Below, piece by piece: positions 47,772 to 55,309 of a stretch of 64,000 nt of DNA. Position 1 is the stretch's first letter; every line of letters starts with the position of its first letter. A program made the translations under genes and the position numbers. The notes beneath the pieces are model-generated. The model was not told where the DNA came from and ran no database searches. It was given only the letters and a program-made list of their open reading frames with translations. The stretch spans positions 186,001 through 250,000 of IMG/VR virus record IMGVR_UViG_3300010158_000027; one strand, given 5' to 3'.

Positions 47772-48551
47772 ATGAAAAAAATTATAAAACTTACAGAATC
47801 CGATTTAACACGTATTGTTAGACGAGTGATTAAAGAACGAGACGAACGTGACGAAGAGTGGGGACAAACAGATAAAGGTGAAGAGAGACTACAGGATTTA
47901 ATTGTTGCTGGTCGACGTTTCCTTATGTACACAGGAAATGTCGCTTCGACTTTAGATTTTGACACAGTTAACCAAATGAATGAATACGAAATAATGCGTC
48001 ATGTACGTAAAAGAGGAAACGATAAGTTGGCGTCTCGTATTGAAAAGTTATTAAAACAAGAGGGGTTTGAAGATACTACTATGGGTGTTGACAAGACTTA
48101 TCCGACTTTGACTTTACCTAAACATTTAGAAAACATGATCAATAATCTTGTTAGTGATAAAACCGAAGGGTTTAAAGTCAGTGAATATGATAATAAATCT
48201 ATGTGGGATTTAGATTATATTATTGAGGATATTTTGGCTGCTATTGAAGAAAAAATAGGGATAACAAAGTTAAACGAATTGTCTGATGTGGTTCTTGATT
48301 ATATTAACGATTTATTAGATAAATCTGACATTTATCACACAGATGGAGGTGAGTTAGAGGAGGGACACGATGATTTTACCACTCGAAATAGATATGACGA
48401 CTATAGTCAAAAAAATCATAGAAAACTCCCAAAAGGAGCTGTAAAACCAGGGAAATTTGATTTTGAAGGAACATCTTTAAAATTTAAAGGTAACGATGAT
48501 GATGATTTCGATCCGTGGAGTTTGGATGATAGCGATGAGGAATACGTATAA
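47772..48551 (+). CDS. LTESDL-leader acidic late protein
   Basis: Leader family; TATTTAT at 47750. Confidence 0.7.
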   Translation: MKKIIKLTESDLTRIVRRVIKERDERDEEWGQTDKGEERLQDLIVAGRRFLMYTGNVASTLDFDTVNQMNEYEIMRHVRKRGNDKLASRIEKLLKQEGFEDTTMGVDKTYPTLTLPKHLENMINNLVSDKTEGFKVSEYDNKSMWDLDYIIEDILAAIEEKIGITKLNELSDVVLDYINDLLDKSDIYHTDGGELEEGHDDFTTRNRYDDYSQKNHRKLPKGAVKPGKFDFEGTSLKFKGNDDDDFDPWSLDDSDEEYV

Positions 48552-48690
48552 TATGGATTGTTAGATGAGATATTAAAGAAGAGTCGGAACACGTTAAAAA
48601 TCTATATCGATCGTGGACTAATAAAAAAAGTGGAAATATGGTCGATGTTTTAAAATTACAAAAACAATTATCAAAAAAATTTTATACATT

Positions 48691-49125
48691 ATGAAACACA
48701 TTATTAAAAAAATATTAAAAGAGGAATCGTTTAAACAAAGTCTTAAACAAATGGTTAAAGAGTTTGGTTGGGAGACTACTGCAGAAATGGTTAACGGATC
48801 GGAAGAGTTGTCAAAATCCGGATTCAACAATGATCCAATGGAATTCCTACATATGTTTAATGATTTGGATGTCGCTCAAAGTGAGATTAAACCAGATTGG
48901 TATTTAGTTAAACAAGAAAACGGAAAAAATTTAATGGCTTACAATAAAAAAAGGGGACTTCTTTACGTAGTTTATGAAAGTGTTTTGTCATTTTTAACAA
49001 AAGGGTTTAAACTTGAATACGATGAAATACTGGCACTTATAAAGAAATGGGCGGATAAGTCATACAATTTAAAGGGGTTAGAAACACATGGGGTTTACCA
49101 ATATGCTATTGAGCAGTTGGGTTAA
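48691..49125 (+). CDS. Paralogue of 33063-33491
   Basis: DNA- and protein-level similarity over the N-terminal half. Confidence 0.7.
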   Translation: MKHIIKKILKEESFKQSLKQMVKEFGWETTAEMVNGSEELSKSGFNNDPMEFLHMFNDLDVAQSEIKPDWYLVKQENGKNLMAYNKKRGLLYVVYESVLSFLTKGFKLEYDEILALIKKWADKSYNLKGLETHGVYQYAIEQLG

Positions 49126-49171
49126 TCTTACAAAATTATAATTAATAATAAATAAAATAAAAAGTAAAATT

Positions 49172-49477
49172 ATGAAAAAGACAGTAAGACTAACAGAAAG
49201 CGATTTAACACGTATCGTTAAACGTGTTGTTATTGAACAAAACGAAGAGGATAGAATGGAAGGTGAAGGTATGTCCATCACAGTAGAAGATATATTTGAG
49301 GGGGTTAGAGATGCTCTTGACCAACTGGGAGGATATCGAGATTCGATGAAAACAGAAGCTATGAAATTGGCAAGAAATATTATGTCTAGTATGCAAGACG
49401 ACTTGGCTTACGTTACTGAAAATTATGAGGAACAACTTTATGATATACTTGGTGAAGAAGAAGAAGATGAGTATTAA
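49172..49477 (+). CDS. LTESDL-leader acidic protein
   Basis: Leader family. Confidence 0.7.
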   Translation: MKKTVRLTESDLTRIVKRVVIEQNEEDRMEGEGMSITVEDIFEGVRDALDQLGGYRDSMKTEAMKLARNIMSSMQDDLAYVTENYEEQLYDILGEEEEDEY

Positions 49478-49500
49478 ATAACTTAACACATAAAAACTTT

Positions 49501-49536
49501 AAAACCCCCACTTTCTAATACAGGTGGGGTTTTTTA
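49501..49536 (+). terminator. Intrinsic terminator (AATACAGG family)
   Basis: Near-copy of 4215-4248. Confidence 0.8.
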
Positions 49537-49559
49537 TTTTTAAAAAAGATTAAAAAAGG

Positions 49560-49591
49560 TTTGGCAAATCAAAGATGAATACATATCTTTG
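49560..49591 (+). promoter_or_regulatory. Bacteroidota-type promoter TTTG-N20-TATCTTTG
   Basis: Consensus match; followed by TAAGACA as at 16619 and 49965. Confidence 0.75.
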
Positions 49592-49618
49592 TAAGACACA
49601 TAAATAAAACGACATATT

Positions 49619-49945
49619 ATGAACAAAGTAGAGATGTTTGAAAACGTACACCAAGAGTTTAAAAAAAGAGGTTTCGTTACTGATCCAAGAGGTGAGGCGT
49701 ACGGAAGATGTTTATACAACCCTGAAACAAATGTTTCTATCCATGTTGGAAGTATCGGTAAATCTTCAGCGGGTATCTCAGTGTTTGATATGTCAAATAA
49801 CGGTATGAACTGGGGCGAAGCATACAAAAAACTAAAAAATGGTGTAATGGTTAGGTTTAACTTCAATACCAAAACTTTTGATAAATTTTATAATACAACA
49901 TACCAAAATAGAGTAAAAAAATTGAACGTGGCGTTGGTAGATTAA
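49619..49945 (+). CDS. Hypothetical early-type protein
   Basis: Downstream of a host-type promoter. Confidence 0.65.
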   Translation: MNKVEMFENVHQEFKKRGFVTDPRGEAYGRCLYNPETNVSIHVGSIGKSSAGISVFDMSNNGMNWGEAYKKLKNGVMVRFNFNTKTFDKFYNTTYQNRVKKLNVALVD

Positions 49946-49964
49946 AAATAAAAACATATCTTTG

Positions 49965-50140
49965 TAAGACAAACAACGGGGGTGGGAAAGTTAGAGATGA
50001 GTGTCCTACTCCCGTGATAAGAAAAGAAGTTAATTGAAATAAAAATATGTGGTAGTAAAAAACGGGAAACTCGTAAAGTGTATCAACCTGTTAACACAAG
50101 ATAGTGAAACGAGAGTGTGTGTTAACTACTAAACTACAAA
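49965..50140 (+). ncRNA. Structured leader or small RNA
   Basis: GTTG-N20-TATCTTTG promoter; 11-bp CGGGGGTGGGA/TCCTACTCCCG stem; 9-bp GTTAACACA/TGTGTTAAC stem; CTCGT/ACGAG cross-pairing. Confidence 0.55.
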
Positions 50141-50162
50141 AAATAAATTAAAAATAACCATT

Positions 50163-50435
50163 ATGAAAAAATTTGAAGATTTAGAGTTTAAAAAAATTGA
50201 AGATTCTCCGTATCAAACTGGGGTAACGTCTCGAATGGTGTTCGAAAATGGGTATGGTGTATCTGTTGTTTCTCATACATATTCGTATGGAGGTAAGGAT
50301 GGTTTATTTGAGGTTGCCGTTTTGGGTAAAGATGGTGATTTAACTTATGATACTCCAGTGACAAATGATGTTATTGGGTATTTGGAACCTGAGGGTGTTG
50401 CAGAAATTATGGAACAAGTTCAAGGGTTAAAATAA
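50163..50435 (+). CDS. Conserved phage hypothetical protein (FENGYGVSVV..SYGG..GLFEVAVL)
   Basis: Motif recognised from many phages; function unknown. Confidence 0.7.
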   Translation: MKKFEDLEFKKIEDSPYQTGVTSRMVFENGYGVSVVSHTYSYGGKDGLFEVAVLGKDGDLTYDTPVTNDVIGYLEPEGVAEIMEQVQGLK

Positions 50436-50441
50436 TATAAT

Positions 50442-50546
50442 AGTCAGGTGGCGGAATTGGTAGACGCTAAATTAATGAGTGGATAGCGTGCCATTGGGGA
50501 AGAACCAAGAAAGTTACGCGTGTTGGTTCGAGACCAGCCCTGGCCA
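50442..50546 (+). ncRNA. tRNA-like element 1 (Leu-type frame, no canonical anticodon arm)
   Basis: AGTCAGG acceptor, GCGGAATTGGTAGACGC D-arm, GTTGG-TTCGAGA-CCAGC T-arm, A73; 54-nt interior. Confidence 0.7.
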
Positions 50547-50549
50547 CTA

Positions 50550-50671
50550 AATTAACTGAGGAGCTGAACAAAAAGTAGGCAATAAGGAAAGTGAAAATAG
50601 GTACGAATGTTTCACTGTGGTAAATGGGACCGTAACTCAAGCGTAAATAGGTTACGATCGGTAGGTTAATT
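50550..50671 (+). ncRNA. Structured spacer RNA between tRNA-like elements
   Basis: AATTAAC/GTTAATT outer stem enclosing GTGAAA/TTTCAC and CGTAAC/GTTACG stems. Confidence 0.45.
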
Positions 50672-50679
50672 TTTTAAAT

Positions 50680-50829
50680 TGTCAGGTGGTGGAATTGGCA
50701 GACACAAATTGACGGTTATGGTACATACCGCTATCAAGAGAGCCGAATGTCCGTAAACACTCTATGACTTCGGAAGGTGGATAGAAACGTTCAAATAGTA
50801 TCTTGTAGGTTCGATTCCTACTCTGACTA
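50680..50829 (+). ncRNA. tRNA-like element 2
   Basis: GTCAGG/TCTGAC acceptor, GTAGG-TTCGATT-CCTAC T-arm; 99-nt interior. Confidence 0.7.
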
Positions 50830-50899
50830 CAAAGGAAGTATATGAGAGTCCTGAATGTACACAAAAGATCCCTATTGACAGCTGGAAAGACAGCAACAT

Positions 50900-51019
50900 G
50901 GTCAGGTGGCGAAAACTGTTGGCGTCAGAGTATAAAACAAAGGGCAGAGCACAAAACACTGAACATGGGAGAGGCTGAGGAACTTCCATTACTTGCAGGT
51001 TCGAATCCTGTCCTGACTA
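50900..51019 (+). ncRNA. tRNA-like element 3
   Basis: GGTCAGG/CCTGACT acceptor, GCAGG-TTCGAAT-CCTGT T-arm; ~69-nt interior. Confidence 0.7.
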
Positions 51020-51041
51020 CAAAAAATTAAAACAAATAAAT

Positions 51042-51188
51042 ATGGAAGACACAAAACATGCATGCGAATGTGGTTCAACATCAGAAGACTTACATACATG
51101 TCCATTTGCAGAAGATATCAACGGCGATTATGAATCATTATGTAATTGCTGTTCTGAATGTACGCGTGAATGTATGATGGACATTTAA
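51042..51188 (+). CDS. 48-aa Cys-rich small protein (HTCPFAEDINGD..LCNCC.EC..EC.MDI)
   Basis: Translated by eye; 8 Cys. Confidence 0.7.
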   Translation: MEDTKHACECGSTSEDLHTCPFAEDINGDYESLCNCCSECTRECMMDI

Positions 51189-51193
51189 CATAT

Positions 51194-51303
51194 AGTCAGG
51201 TGGCAGAATGGTAGACGCAGAATAAAGAGGTAAAGGTCAATCCTCTATAAAAAATTGAGTAACCTACGGGGTTATATTACAGGTTCGAATCCTGTCCTGG
51301 CAA
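51194..51303 (+). ncRNA. tRNA-like element 4
   Basis: AGTCAGG/CCTGGCA acceptor, ACAGG-TTCGAAT-CCTGT T-arm; 60-nt interior with two hairpins. Confidence 0.7.
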
Positions 51304-51304
51304 C

Positions 51305-51565
51305 ATCGGTTATTTGATCTAGCACTAGGATAATAACAGCCATTAGATGAAGCTAGCGTCGTGAATGGAGGTGTAAGCTAAGACAGACTTACAAAGTTGG
51401 GGTACCAATAGATACAAACCCCCAACACAAACAGATTGACACAAAGGCATGAACAGTGGTGTTGTCGTAAAGTGTTATAAGATTAATGATAGCTAAAAAA
51501 TAAATCTTATAACTAGGCTCTCGGCAGTACGTTATACAATCTGAACAGGTGCTTCCTGTTTATTT
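51305..51565 (+). ncRNA. Hairpin-dense RNA segment ending in a terminator
   Basis: GTTATT/AATAAC, TGTAAG/CTTACA, GTTGGGG/CCCCAAC, CAGATTG/CAATCTG, GTTATAAGATT/AATCTTATAAC, AACAGG/CCTGTT plus U-tract. Confidence 0.5.
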
Positions 51566-51612
51566 TTTACATAATACTTGACAATCTAAAAGTGATGGTT
51601 TAATATTATGTA

Positions 51613-51684
51613 AGTCAGTTAGCTCAGTTGGTAGAGCAATCCCCTTAAAAGGACGTGTCATTGGTTCGAACCCTTTACTGGCTT
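51613..51684 (+). pseudogene. Degenerate tRNA behind its own TTGACA-N17-TAATAT promoter
   Basis: Perfect acceptor (AGTCAGT/ACTGGCT) and D-arm; anticodon and T stems poorly paired. Confidence 0.55.
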
Positions 51685-51690
51685 ATTTTT

Positions 51691-52284
51691 TTATTTAATA
51701 TCCGTTGACTTAATAAGCGTATAACTAAATGAGTTACCGTGAATATCTCTAGCCTTTCTACATATCTTCATGAATTCCTCAAAATCTGCCAATTTTTTAA
51801 ATACCTGACAACCCATCGACCAGTCATTAACATATGTTGAATCCGCACCAGCATGGTGGATATTAATACCAAACACCCCCTCCTCAATTTTTGTCTCATC
51901 ATATTTCATATCACGATTTGCGTCACGATAAACTTTAACGTTTTTAGCCTGACCCAACGCCTCGTATTTACCTTGATGTAATCTGATGGTATGAGATCCA
52001 CGATACTGACCCTCAACCAATCTTGCAATACCACTTTTATTGGTTGTCTCGAGAATACCTTTAGTACCTGGATCGGTAGTTGCCGGCCAAGAATGGTATT
52101 TCCAAACACCCCCCACTTTATAGGATAATGTGATCGTATCATCAAATGAGTTTGTAACTTTTTGACCTGGTACCATATTTCTAACCCCAATGATATTAAC
52201 ATCATAACCTTTATTGTTGGCATCCTCAAACCAAACGTACCCTTTTGATTTTACCGCTAATTCTACTTGTTCTTTTGTGTACAT
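51691..52284 (-). CDS. L,D-transpeptidase (YkuD)-like peptidoglycan hydrolase
   Basis: FGINIHHAG...WSMGCQV His/Cys motif; divergent from the lysis operon. Confidence 0.7.
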   Translation of the reverse strand: MYTKEQVELAVKSKGYVWFEDANNKGYDVNIIGVRNMVPGQKVTNSFDDTITLSYKVGGVWKYHSWPATTDPGTKGILETTNKSGIARLVEGQYRGSHTIRLHQGKYEALGQAKNVKVYRDANRDMKYDETKIEEGVFGINIHHAGADSTYVNDWSMGCQVFKKLADFEEFMKICRKARDIHGNSFSYTLIKSTDIK

Positions 52285-52396
52285 AATTTTAATTATAAAT
52301 ATCACCTAAACGCGTTTCTAATATATTTATATTGATAGGAATCACATGTGGTTGATACCCATTTGAACTAATAAAAATTTAAAATAAAGATACGTC

Positions 52397-52675
52397 ATGG
52401 ATGAAAAAACACCTCAAACCAATGGGTTTATTGATACGTTTTTATCTAAACTAAAAGAGCAGTCCTTTATTATTATACTCATGTTGGGGGTAATCTACTA
52501 TCAACACGGTTTGATGGAGGAGAGAGTCTCGTTTTGGCAATCACAATACGAAAAAAAGGATCAACTAATAGATAAGACAGCTAAAGAGGATAAGGATGTA
52601 CTTTTAGATAGAATTGAATATCTTCAAAATCAACGAGACAAATATGTTGAAGAGTCATTAAACGAATTAAAATAA
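52397..52675 (+). CDS. Single-TM coiled-coil protein in the lysis module
   Basis: SFIIILMLGVIYYQ TM segment. Confidence 0.6.
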   Translation: MDEKTPQTNGFIDTFLSKLKEQSFIIILMLGVIYYQHGLMEERVSFWQSQYEKKDQLIDKTAKEDKDVLLDRIEYLQNQRDKYVEESLNELK

Positions 52676-52681
52676 TAAATT

Positions 52682-53503
52682 ATGTTGTTAAAAATAGGAT
52701 CGAAAGGTGACGATGTTAAAAAACTCCAAGAAAAATTAAAATTAACATCTGATGGGACATTTGGGCCAAATACAGAAAAAAAGGTTAAAGAATGGCAAAC
52801 AGCCAATGGATTAAATTCTGATGGTGTCGTTGGTGATGCTACATGGGATAAAATGTTTGTCTCTGCGGTGGTTACTGAAGGGGGACATATTACACCAGTG
52901 GCGGGATTAAGTATTGAAAAATTAAAAGGAACGGTTCCTGATAGCGTTTTAGCTCAGATTCCAGATACCGCAATCAAATTCAACATTACAACAAATCTAA
53001 GACTTGCTCACTTTTTATCACAATGTGCTCACGAATCGGGAGGTTTTAAATCGGTATCAGAAAATTTAAATTATTCTGCTGATGGGTTAAAAAAAACGTT
53101 TGGTAAATACTTTCCTGGTAACTTGTCAGAATCTTATGCTAAAAACCCCGAAAAGATTGCTGCTCGAGTTTATGGTGGTAGAATGGGTAATGGTGATGAA
53201 TCATCAAAAGAAGGTTATAAATTTCGTGGGAGAGGTTATCTGCAAACCACAGGCAAAGAGAATTATACAAGATTTACAAACTTTATTGGTGAAGATTGTG
53301 TGAGTAATCCCGATCTTGTGGCAACAAAATATCCATTATCCTCCTCGGCGTTTTTCTTCACGTCAAATAAACTTTGGTCTATTTGTGACAAAGGGGCTGA
53401 CGTAGATACGATTACCGCAGTAACTAAAAGAGTAAATGGAGGGATTTTGGGGTTAGATGAGCGAATTAAAGAGTTCAACAAAATATACTCATTACTGTCG
53501 TAA
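52682..53503 (+). CDS. Endolysin: PG_binding_1 domain plus GH19 lysozyme/chitinase-like domain
   Basis: LKIGSKGDDVKKLQ..DGTFGP..DGVVG; LAHFLSQCAHESGGF..ENLNYS..FRGRGYLQTTGK.NY..TKRVNGG. Confidence 0.9.
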   Translation: MLLKIGSKGDDVKKLQEKLKLTSDGTFGPNTEKKVKEWQTANGLNSDGVVGDATWDKMFVSAVVTEGGHITPVAGLSIEKLKGTVPDSVLAQIPDTAIKFNITTNLRLAHFLSQCAHESGGFKSVSENLNYSADGLKKTFGKYFPGNLSESYAKNPEKIAARVYGGRMGNGDESSKEGYKFRGRGYLQTTGKENYTRFTNFIGEDCVSNPDLVATKYPLSSSAFFFTSNKLWSICDKGADVDTITAVTKRVNGGILGLDERIKEFNKIYSLLS

Positions 53504-53551
53504 TTTTTATACTTTTTTATACTTTTTTACATTTCCACGATATTTATAATT

Positions 53552-53689
53552 ATGGAAAGAAAAACTTTAATTATTACTAAAGAAACGCATCAAAAATTAA
53601 AAGAATATTGTAAAAATAATTCTATTAAATTAAATGATTGGGTTGATAAATTAATACTTAATGAAATAAAAAAGTATGATGGAAAATAA
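53552..53689 (+). CDS. 45-aa ribbon-helix-helix-like DNA-binding protein
   Basis: MERKTLIITKETHQKLKEYC..NSIKLNDWVDKLI; TATTTAT 4 nt upstream; overlaps the GIY-YIG start. Confidence 0.6.
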   Translation: MERKTLIITKETHQKLKEYCKNNSIKLNDWVDKLILNEIKKYDGK

Positions 53690-54332
53690 TTGGTATGTTT
53701 ATCGTCATATTAGAAAGGATAAGAACGAACCTTTTTATATCGGTATTGGTAATAAAAAAAATTATGCAAGAGCATATCAAACTAACCCTAATAGGCGTAA
53801 TGAGATTTGGGTAAAAATATTTATTAAAACTGATATTGAAATTGAAATTATTTTAGAAGGTTTAAGTAAAACTCAAGCTTCTGAAAAAGAAAAAGAATTT
53901 ATTAAGTTATATGGTAGAAAAAATTTAAATACTGGATCATTAACAAATATGACCGATGGGGGTGACGGTGTATGGAATTGTGCTAGATCGGAGGAAACCA
54001 AAGAAAAGATAAGACAACAAAAATTAGGGGATAAAAATCCAATGTTCGGTAAATTTCAATCGGATGAAACAAAATTAAAAAAAAGTAAAGCATTAACAGG
54101 ACAAAAAAGGTCGGAGGAAGTTAAGAAAAAACAATCAATAAGTTCAATTAAATCGGGTCAGGCAAAATCTGTTGATGTGTTTAAGTTTGATGATAATGAA
54201 TATATCGGAAGATTTTATGCGATTTCGGAAGCTTGTAGAGTTTTAGGTTTTTACCACGCAAACAGTAAAGCTAGTTTAGTTGCAAATGGTAAAAGAAATC
54301 ATACCCACGGATACGTGTTTAAATATGTGTAG
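53676..54332 (+). CDS. GIY-YIG homing endonuclease with NUMOD3/NUMOD1-like motifs
   Basis: WYVYRH..PFYIGIG; SEETKEKIR/SDETKLKKS/SEEVKKKQS repeats; C-terminal HTH. Confidence 0.85.
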   Translation: MMENNWYVYRHIRKDKNEPFYIGIGNKKNYARAYQTNPNRRNEIWVKIFIKTDIEIEIILEGLSKTQASEKEKEFIKLYGRKNLNTGSLTNMTDGGDGVWNCARSEETKEKIRQQKLGDKNPMFGKFQSDETKLKKSKALTGQKRSEEVKKKQSISSIKSGQAKSVDVFKFDDNEYIGRFYAISEACRVLGFYHANSKASLVANGKRNHTHGYVFKYV

Positions 54333-54340
54333 TTCCCTCG

Positions 54341-54400
54341 ATTAATGGGCTCTCTGATAGACTAAAATACTTCAAGGTATACCATAACTTACTTAAGTGA
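54341..54400 (+). pseudogene. Remnant of the original 3' end of the endolysin gene
   Basis: Reads INGLSDRL(K)YFKVYHNLLK* versus GLDERIKEFNKIYSLLS* (frame at the A-run should be re-checked). Confidence 0.65.
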
Positions 54401-54435
54401 TATTTATTATAAAATAAACTTTTAAATTTTAAATT

Positions 54436-54603
54436 ATGAAATTATCTAAAGAACAAATTATGGGAATTATTAGACACGCATTTACATTCGTAGGTGGTAT
54501 CTTCGTAATGAAGGGACTTGTGAGTGAAACAATGATCGTTGAGATCGTTGGTGCGGCAATGACATTCACAGGTGCGGTTTGGTCTATTATTGACAAAAAA
54601 TAA
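54436..54603 (+). CDS. 55-aa two-TM putative holin (Pam3-gp28-like)
   Basis: KEQIMGIIRHAFTFVGGIFVMKG..VGAAMTFTGAVWSII; translated by eye. Confidence 0.7.
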   Translation: MKLSKEQIMGIIRHAFTFVGGIFVMKGLVSETMIVEIVGAAMTFTGAVWSIIDKK

Positions 54604-54700
54604 TTTTAAAATTAAATTAACAATTAAAATCCCCATATAATGTGGGGGTTTTTAGTTTAACGATATATTTATATAACGGTACAAAAAATAATAATAACAA

Positions 54701-55309
54701 ATGGTAAATTACGTAAATATTATAATCGCATTTATAACGGGGGTATTAGGTCCAATTTTAATAGTCTATATTAAGAGTAAATTGGAAAAGAAAGAAAAAC
54801 CAGACATGGTTAAAGAAACGTTAAGAGTTGCTGAAATGGTAACAAACAAAATCGAACATATTAAAGAGGAGTTTAAGGCGGATAGGGTTTGGATAACACA
54901 ATTCCACAACGGAGGTAACTTTTATCCAACAGGTAAATCCATGGCTAAATTCTCAATCATGTACGAAACGGTACATCCAGGTGTTGCGTCAGTTCAAAGT
55001 AATTTCCATAACATACCAGTTAATCTGTTTTCAAAATCAATTAATCGATTATTAAGTGACGATTTTATTGAAATCCCTGATTTTAAAGATGAAACGGTAG
55101 CAACATACGGATTAAAGTATATTGCTGAAGATACTGGATCTAAATCTGGATATCTATTTGCTATTAAAACAATTGACGATAAGTTTATAGGGACACTAGG
55201 TCTTGATTTCACAAAAAGAAAAACCAAATTAGATATCGAAGCGATCAACCACCTATTGGTCCACGCAACATCACTCGGTGGTGTATTGATGACACACTTA
55301 CAACAATGA
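54701..55309 (+). CDS. N-terminal TM plus GAF-like domain protein (T4 holin T-like architecture)
   Basis: TM residues ~6-22; ADRVWITQFHNG..LFAIK..FIGTLGLDF GAF-like pattern. Confidence 0.5.
   Translation: MVNYVNIIIAFITGVLGPILIVYIKSKLEKKEKPDMVKETLRVAEMVTNKIEHIKEEFKADRVWITQFHNGGNFYPTGKSMAKFSIMYETVHPGVASVQSNFHNIPVNLFSKSINRLLSDDFIEIPDFKDETVATYGLKYIAEDTGSKSGYLFAIKTIDDKFIGTLGLDFTKRKTKLDIEAINHLLVHATSLGGVLMTHLQQ

Noticed and set aside
50066-50115. Type III hammerhead (CTCGTA...GAAACGAG)
   Set aside because: A stem III-like pairing is present but there is no CUGANGA core between the strands.
50556-50600. Hammerhead ribozyme (CTGAGGA...GAAA)
   Set aside because: No stem II closing onto C-GAAA and no matching stems I/III with a UH site.
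50442-51303. CRISPR array
   Set aside because: Repeats are split tRNA halves with irregular spacing, not uniform direct repeats; no cas genes in the window.
51613-51684. Ochre-suppressor tRNA (TTA anticodon) or genetic-code reassignment
   Set aside because: The anticodon stem does not form in that register, and recognisable genes are intact and end at TAA, TAG or TGA in the standard code.
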